A stretch of DNA of 36,470 bases from Thraustochytrium aureum. Its lineage: Eukaryota. Positions within the stretch are counted from its first letter, which is position 1, and every line of letters begins with the position of its first letter. The stretch is taken from NCBI GenBank assembly GCA_012862495.1, contig BLSG01000305.1, forward strand, positions 1 through 36,470. The letters run 5' to 3'. Both the position numbers and the translations under genes were made by a program. The notes under the pieces were generated by a model. That model had not been told where the DNA came from. It worked only from the letters and a program-made list of their open reading frames with translations, and ran no database searches. Shown here one piece after another: positions 32,136-36,470 of this stretch.

Positions 32136-33626
32136 CTAATGCTGCTGCTGATCTGAAGTCGCTGAAAAGCCAAGAATACCTTCGCCCTGCGCCAAGGATG
32201 CAGCGCGCCGTGCTCTCNNNNNNNNNNNNNNNNNNNNNNNNNNNNNNNNNNNNNNNNNNNNNNNNNNNNNNNNNNNNNNNNNNNNNNNNNNNNNNNNNNN
32301 NNNNNNNNNNNNNNNNNNNNNNNNNNNNNNNNNNNNNNNNNNNNNNNNNNNNNNNNNNNNNNNNNNNNNNNNNNNNNNNNNNNNNNNNNNNNNNNNNNNN
32401 NNNNNNNNNNNNNNNNNNNNNNNNNNNNNNNNNNNNNNNNNNNNNNNNNNNCCCTGCGCCAAGGATGCAGCGCGCCGTGCTCTCGCATCTGCGGGATTGG
32501 AAAATGTTGCCATCGGAAGTACGACCTGGGCTGCGCTTGAAGGCCAGCCTGAGAGGTTGGCGCTTAAACCTGCTGCCTCGGCAGACTTGCGGAGATTTGA
32601 CGCCAGGAGAGCGGAAAGGTCGATTGCGCGAGCGGCAGCGGAAGATATTTTCAAAGCATCCTCCTGCACGCGCGCCTGAGCACCAACTTGTGCAGTTGAG
32701 TAACCTCCCGCAGCGGATTCCGGCCACGCACGCGCCTGAGACCTCTCGGCACACGTGGTGCGCAGAGCACCACCACGTTGCCGACACGCATCAAAATCAG
32801 ACCACGAGCGTCGCAAAGCTGAAGACGAAAGGCCGACGCGCTCCGGCGCGGGACCGCCGTGCGCATCCAGGGCCACGGCCGGCGAGAGGTCCAAACAGTT
32901 GATCTCAACCTCCGGTCCTAATCTCACAGGTACGGCAAACTGTAGAGCCCGGCGGGGGTCCACCCCCACCGAAAAGTCGCGCGGGATGTACATGCCCGGG
33001 TCTCGGCCGTGGCGGGGTAGGAAGCCCATGACGATGTACGCTGCTGCGACGAGTTCGGAGCAAAAGACTGGCGGGAGGTCCTCTCGCATCAGTTGCCGAA
33101 GCTCGAACGGGTTGAGGAGCTGTTGCGTTCGAGAGCTGCGCTCTCCTGTCTCGCCCCAGGCCCCGCCGAAGACGTCGGCGGCTCGGATCATTTTGGCCAA
33201 GCTCGACTCGTACGGCGCGCCCAAAACTGCGCCGACAAAGTGGTGGAGCGCGGCGCAGGCCAGAGCATAGCGCGCCTCAGAGAGCTCTGAAACGTCCAGG
33301 TGCCGCACGTAGGCTGTGCCATTGTATGCGCTCAGGCACGCTGGCGTGAGGCGGTGCAGCCTGACGCCTTGGTCCGCCTCCGCCTCAAGCGTGTGCCAGG
33401 CCTTGGTCCCCGACCGCTTGCGGGCTTCCTTGAGCCGTGCGGAGCAGCACGTCTCGTCGCAGTCGTCCCAAGCCACCACCACCCCAATATGGTCAAAGTC
33501 CGAGTTGCAGACGAGCCGCTGCAGCCGTGACATTGTGCGTTCAGTCCTGAACAGCACAACGTCGCCTTCCTTCAGCTCCCCAAGCACGTCAAAGAACTTG
33601 CGGCGCTCCAGCGCGCTCGAGGCCAT
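32136..33626 (-). CDS. Permuted papain-like amidase (YaeF/YiiX, peptidase C92-like; NlpC/P60 superfamily)
   Basis: LKEGDVVLF...SDFDHIGVVV (His), GAPYE, VFCSELVAAAY (Cys), PRDF: the His-before-Cys order of permuted NlpC/P60 enzymes. The start may lie further 5' (frame open to at least 33833, next to the gap). Confidence 0.8.
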   Translation of the reverse strand: MASSALERRKFFDVLGELKEGDVVLFRTERTMSRLQRLVCNSDFDHIGVVVAWDDCDETCCSARLKEARKRSGTKAWHTLEAEADQGVRLHRLTPACLSAYNGTAYVRHLDVSELSEARYALACAALHHFVGAVLGAPYESSLAKMIRAADVFGGAWGETGERSSRTQQLLNPFELRQLMREDLPPVFCSELVAAAYIVMGFLPRHGRDPGMYIPRDFSVGVDPRRALQFAVPVRLGPEVEINCLDLSPAVALDAHGGPAPERVGLSSSALRRSWSDFDACRQRGGALRTTCAERSQARAWPESAAGGYSTAQVGAQARVQEDALKISSAAARAIDLSALLASNLRKSAEAAGLSANLSGWPSSAAQVVLPMATFSNPADARARRAASLAQXXXXXXXXXXXXXXXXXXXXXXXXXXXXXXXXXXXXXXXXXXXXXXXXXXXXXXXXXXXXXXXXXXXXXXXXXXXXXXXRARRAASLAQGEGILGFSATSDQQQH

Positions 33627-34599
33627 TGGCACGATGACGGCAATCGGCCGCAGCCGCCGCCTGACCAGTACCTGCTGGACCTGCACGCCGGCGACTCCAC
33701 TTCGCGCCCTGCGACCACGCGCGATGGCCATCCTCGTCCCAGGCCCTCCCCTGTGACGAGAGCCTAGACCGCATCGGGGAAGTCGCGTCTCATGCACACC
33801 CCTGTGACGAGCACGCAGGTCGGCTCGTCTCATGTCCGTCCCGGTGACNNNNNNNNNNNNNNNNNNNNNNNNNNNNNNNNNNNNNNNNNNNNNNNNNNNN
33901 NNNNNNNNNNNNNNNNNNNNNNNNNNNNNNNNNNNNNNNNNNNNNNNNNNNNNNNNNNNNNNNNNNNNNNNNNNNNNNNNNNNNNNNNNNNNNNNNNNNN
34001 NNNNNNNNNNNNNNNNNNNNNNNNNNNNNNNNNNNNNNNNNNNNNNNNNNNNNNNNNNNNNNNNNNNNNNNNNNNNNNNNNNNNNNNNNNNNNNNNNNNN
34101 NNNNNNNNNNNNNNNNNNNNNNNNNNNNNNNNNNNNNNNNNNNNNNNNNNNNNNNNNNNNNNNNNNNNNNNNNNNNNNNNNNNNNNNNNNNNNNNNNNNN
34201 NNNNNNNNNNNNNNNNNNNNNNNNNNNNNNNNNNNNNNNNNNNNNNNNNNNNNNNNNNNNNNNNNNNNNNNNNNNNNNNNNNNNNNNNNNNNNNNNNNNN
34301 NNNNNNNNNNNNNNNNNNNNNNNNNNNNNNNNNNNNNNNNNNNNNNNNNNNNNNNNNNNNNNNNNNNNNNNNNNNNNNNNNNNNNNNNNNNNNNNNNNNN
34401 NNNNNNNNNNNNNNNNNNNNNNNNNNNNNNNNNNNNNNNNNNNNNNNNNNNNNNNNNNNNNNNNNNNNNNNNNNNNNNNNNNNNNNNNNNNNNNNNNNNN
34501 NNNNNNNNNNNNNNNNNNNNNNNNNNNNNNNNNNNNNNNNNNNNNNNNNNNNNNNNNNNNNNNNNNNNNNNNNNNNNNNNNNNNNNNNNNNNNGTGCTG

Positions 34600-35458
34600 A
34601 TGCAGAGGTACCAGACGGACGGGTGGGAGGTTGCTGCCGCTGAGGCCGCAGCGCTGCAAGCGCGCGCGAACCCTGCGGAGGGCGGCTGCAGGGAGGGCGG
34701 AAGGAATACGCTGGCTGGACGCGGGTGGGGCCGGACCGGAGTCCACGGCAGAGCAGATGGTCGTCGAGCAAGCCGAGGCCGTGGCCTGGGGCCCGGACCT
34801 CGCGTCGAACACTTTCATTGAGCACAAAGTTACGCCGGCTGACACGCTGGGCGGCCTGGAGCTGCGGTACGGGATCTCCGCGTCAGAAATCATGCGCGTG
34901 AACGGGATGACGAGCGACAGGCTCAACTCGTACTTTACGCTTCAAATCCCAAACCGCGGCGGCCACAGAGCGACAAACCTGAAGCCGACCGTCGTGGCGG
35001 ACCAGAAGCTTGACCGGCTCAGGGTCGACCGCGTTTTCAGGATGGCGTTCCCGGAGGTCTCGGAAAAGGAAGTGGACTTTTACCTGAAAGAGTGCAACGG
35101 GTCCGTGCAGGAGGCCTTGCGGCTCTGCGACGAAGACCTCGATTGGGAGCGCAAGAACGGCAAGTTGCTCAAGTGGCGCTCGAGCCACAGCTCGGACAGC
35201 TCGAAGCGCAAGCGCGGCCTTAAAGCCTGGCTTCCTGGATGGCTCGTGCGCCGGCAGAGCAACCAGCAGGACCGTCCTATCGAGTGTACGTTGGGCACGG
35301 GCGGTCCGGCGACGCCTGCAAGGATAAAGATGGACGACCGCTCTCCTGCTGAGCGGGCGACCTCCTCGATTGAGAAGGACTACGCGAACGAGGCTTTGAG
35401 CCCGCTTCTCACTGTTGATTACCTCGAAGCAGAGGCCAGGGCGCTCGCACAGACGTAA
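34600..35458 (+). CDS. LysM-domain protein with UBA/CUE-like helical domain
   Basis: HKVTPADTLGGLELRYGISASEIMRVN...TLQIP is a LysM domain; FPEVSEKEVDFYLKECNGSVQEAL is UBA-like. Start uncertain: ATG 34600 with a frameshift at 34671-34673, or ATG 34757, or within the gap. Confidence 0.8.
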
Positions 35459-35888
35459 CGAGAACAGGACTGTCGGCTCGGCAAAAGCCCAGATGTTTTT
35501 CTGTTTTGTTTTCGCGGCGCGGTGCGGCGCGGCGCGAGGCCTGACGCCTCGCGCCGGACCGTTGCAGGCCTGCTCTCCCGCACTGCGAGGCAAGCAATAG
35601 ATTGTCACTTGCACAAGGACCAACGAACGAACAAATTGATTGAGTTTACACTTTCAGTCCTCAGCGGCATGACGCTCGTTTCGCAACGATGCAGAGGCAA
35701 GTGGCAATCCGCTCCGTGTTGGACAACCGTAGCGGAAGGGCGGGGGCACCCCTAAGAGACCCCAAGCACGATCGTGTAGCTCTCCCGCGAGAGGGAGCTC
35801 TTGAGCTCGAGCAACCGGCGAGTGAGAAAAGCGCCCGAGCCGAGATCTAGCGAGCTCTAGAGAGCTGGAGACACCAGTACTCTACTTA

Positions 35889-36470
35889 CTAAAACAGGTG
35901 ACGGAGACGCTCGTTTTCCGCGCGGAGCCGCGTATTCTCCTCCACGAGCTCTGCGAATTTCGACGAAAAGGCGCCAAGGCACTCTGCGATATCCCCCATC
36001 TGCAGCCTAAACTGACGCATCATCTCCAGCTGCAGATTGTTGATATCCGCCCGCGTCTCCTCGCGCAGATTTTGCACAATGTCCTCCAGAACTTGGAGAC
36101 GGCGCGGCAGTGCGTCCGAAGAGGCATCGCGAAACCCGCTCCACGCAGAGCTCGCGTGGCCGAACTCCCGCCCGACGTTCGCTCGAGCTCCAAACTCTGA
36201 GCTAGTCTCGGCGGGGTTGCGCTCGGCGGAGAAAGCGGTGCTCGAGGCAAAGCTCGGCGAGCCCCCACCGCGCGACCGAATCGGGGACCGCACCGGCGAG
36301 TGGACCGGCGAGCGAGCCGCAGAGGCCGGCCGCACCGGCGTCGTGCCCTTGTCGAGCGCTTGCGAGGCGGCTCTCTCAGACGAGGTTTGCCTTCTAGGGT
36401 ACGACGGCAAGCGCTGCTCACTCTCCTTGAACGAGTCCGGCGAATCTTGCCTTTCGAACTCGTCTTCTTC
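35889..36470 (-). CDS. NEDD1: NEDD1 / GCP-WD, gamma-tubulin-binding C-terminus (partial; runs off the window end)
   Basis: LREETRADINNLQLEMMRQFRLQMGDI...LVEENTRLRAENERLRHLF matches the NEDD1 C-terminal signature. The frame is open up to 36470. Confidence 0.85.
   Translation of the reverse strand, partial: EEDEFERQDSPDSFKESEQRLPSYPRRQTSSERAASQALDKGTTPVRPASAARSPVHSPVRSPIRSRGGGSPSFASSTAFSAERNPAETSSEFGARANVGREFGHASSAWSGFRDASSDALPRRLQVLEDIVQNLREETRADINNLQLEMMRQFRLQMGDIAECLGAFSSKFAELVEENTRLRAENERLRHLF

Overview
Eukaryotic, GC-rich, gene-dense and almost intron-free draft scaffold with 12 N-gaps. The style (one short GT-AG intron, (GCAG)n/(GCTG)n microsatellites, microtubule/flagellar genes) suggests a marine stramenopile such as a thraustochytrid; this is inference, not proven. 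About 15 genes are recognisable: an EGF+7TM orphan receptor, a Sel1-repeat protein with a possible MLKL-like helical bundle, an EML5/6-like WD40 protein, a hypothetical protein, an FHA protein, iodotyrosine deiodinase, a TPH-like coiled-coil protein, riboflavin synthase (one intron), a membrane-anchored GH28 hydrolase, a tail-anchored Old Yellow Enzyme, a degenerate RasGAP-like/PH protein, a class C GPCR with a bacterial-type glycine-betaine-binding (OpuAC/ProX) ectodomain, a permuted papain-like (YaeF/YiiX, C92) protein, a LysM protein and the 3' end of NEDD1. Several genes are split by single-base shifts at homopolymers, most likely sequencing errors, and two N-gaps look false. The most interesting items are the OpuAC-GPCR chimera, the flavin trio (IYD, riboflavin synthase, OYE), the GH28 with an inserted membrane segment and altered motifs, and the MLKL-like/Sel1 fusion. 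All family calls come from motif recognition by eye; no searches were run.
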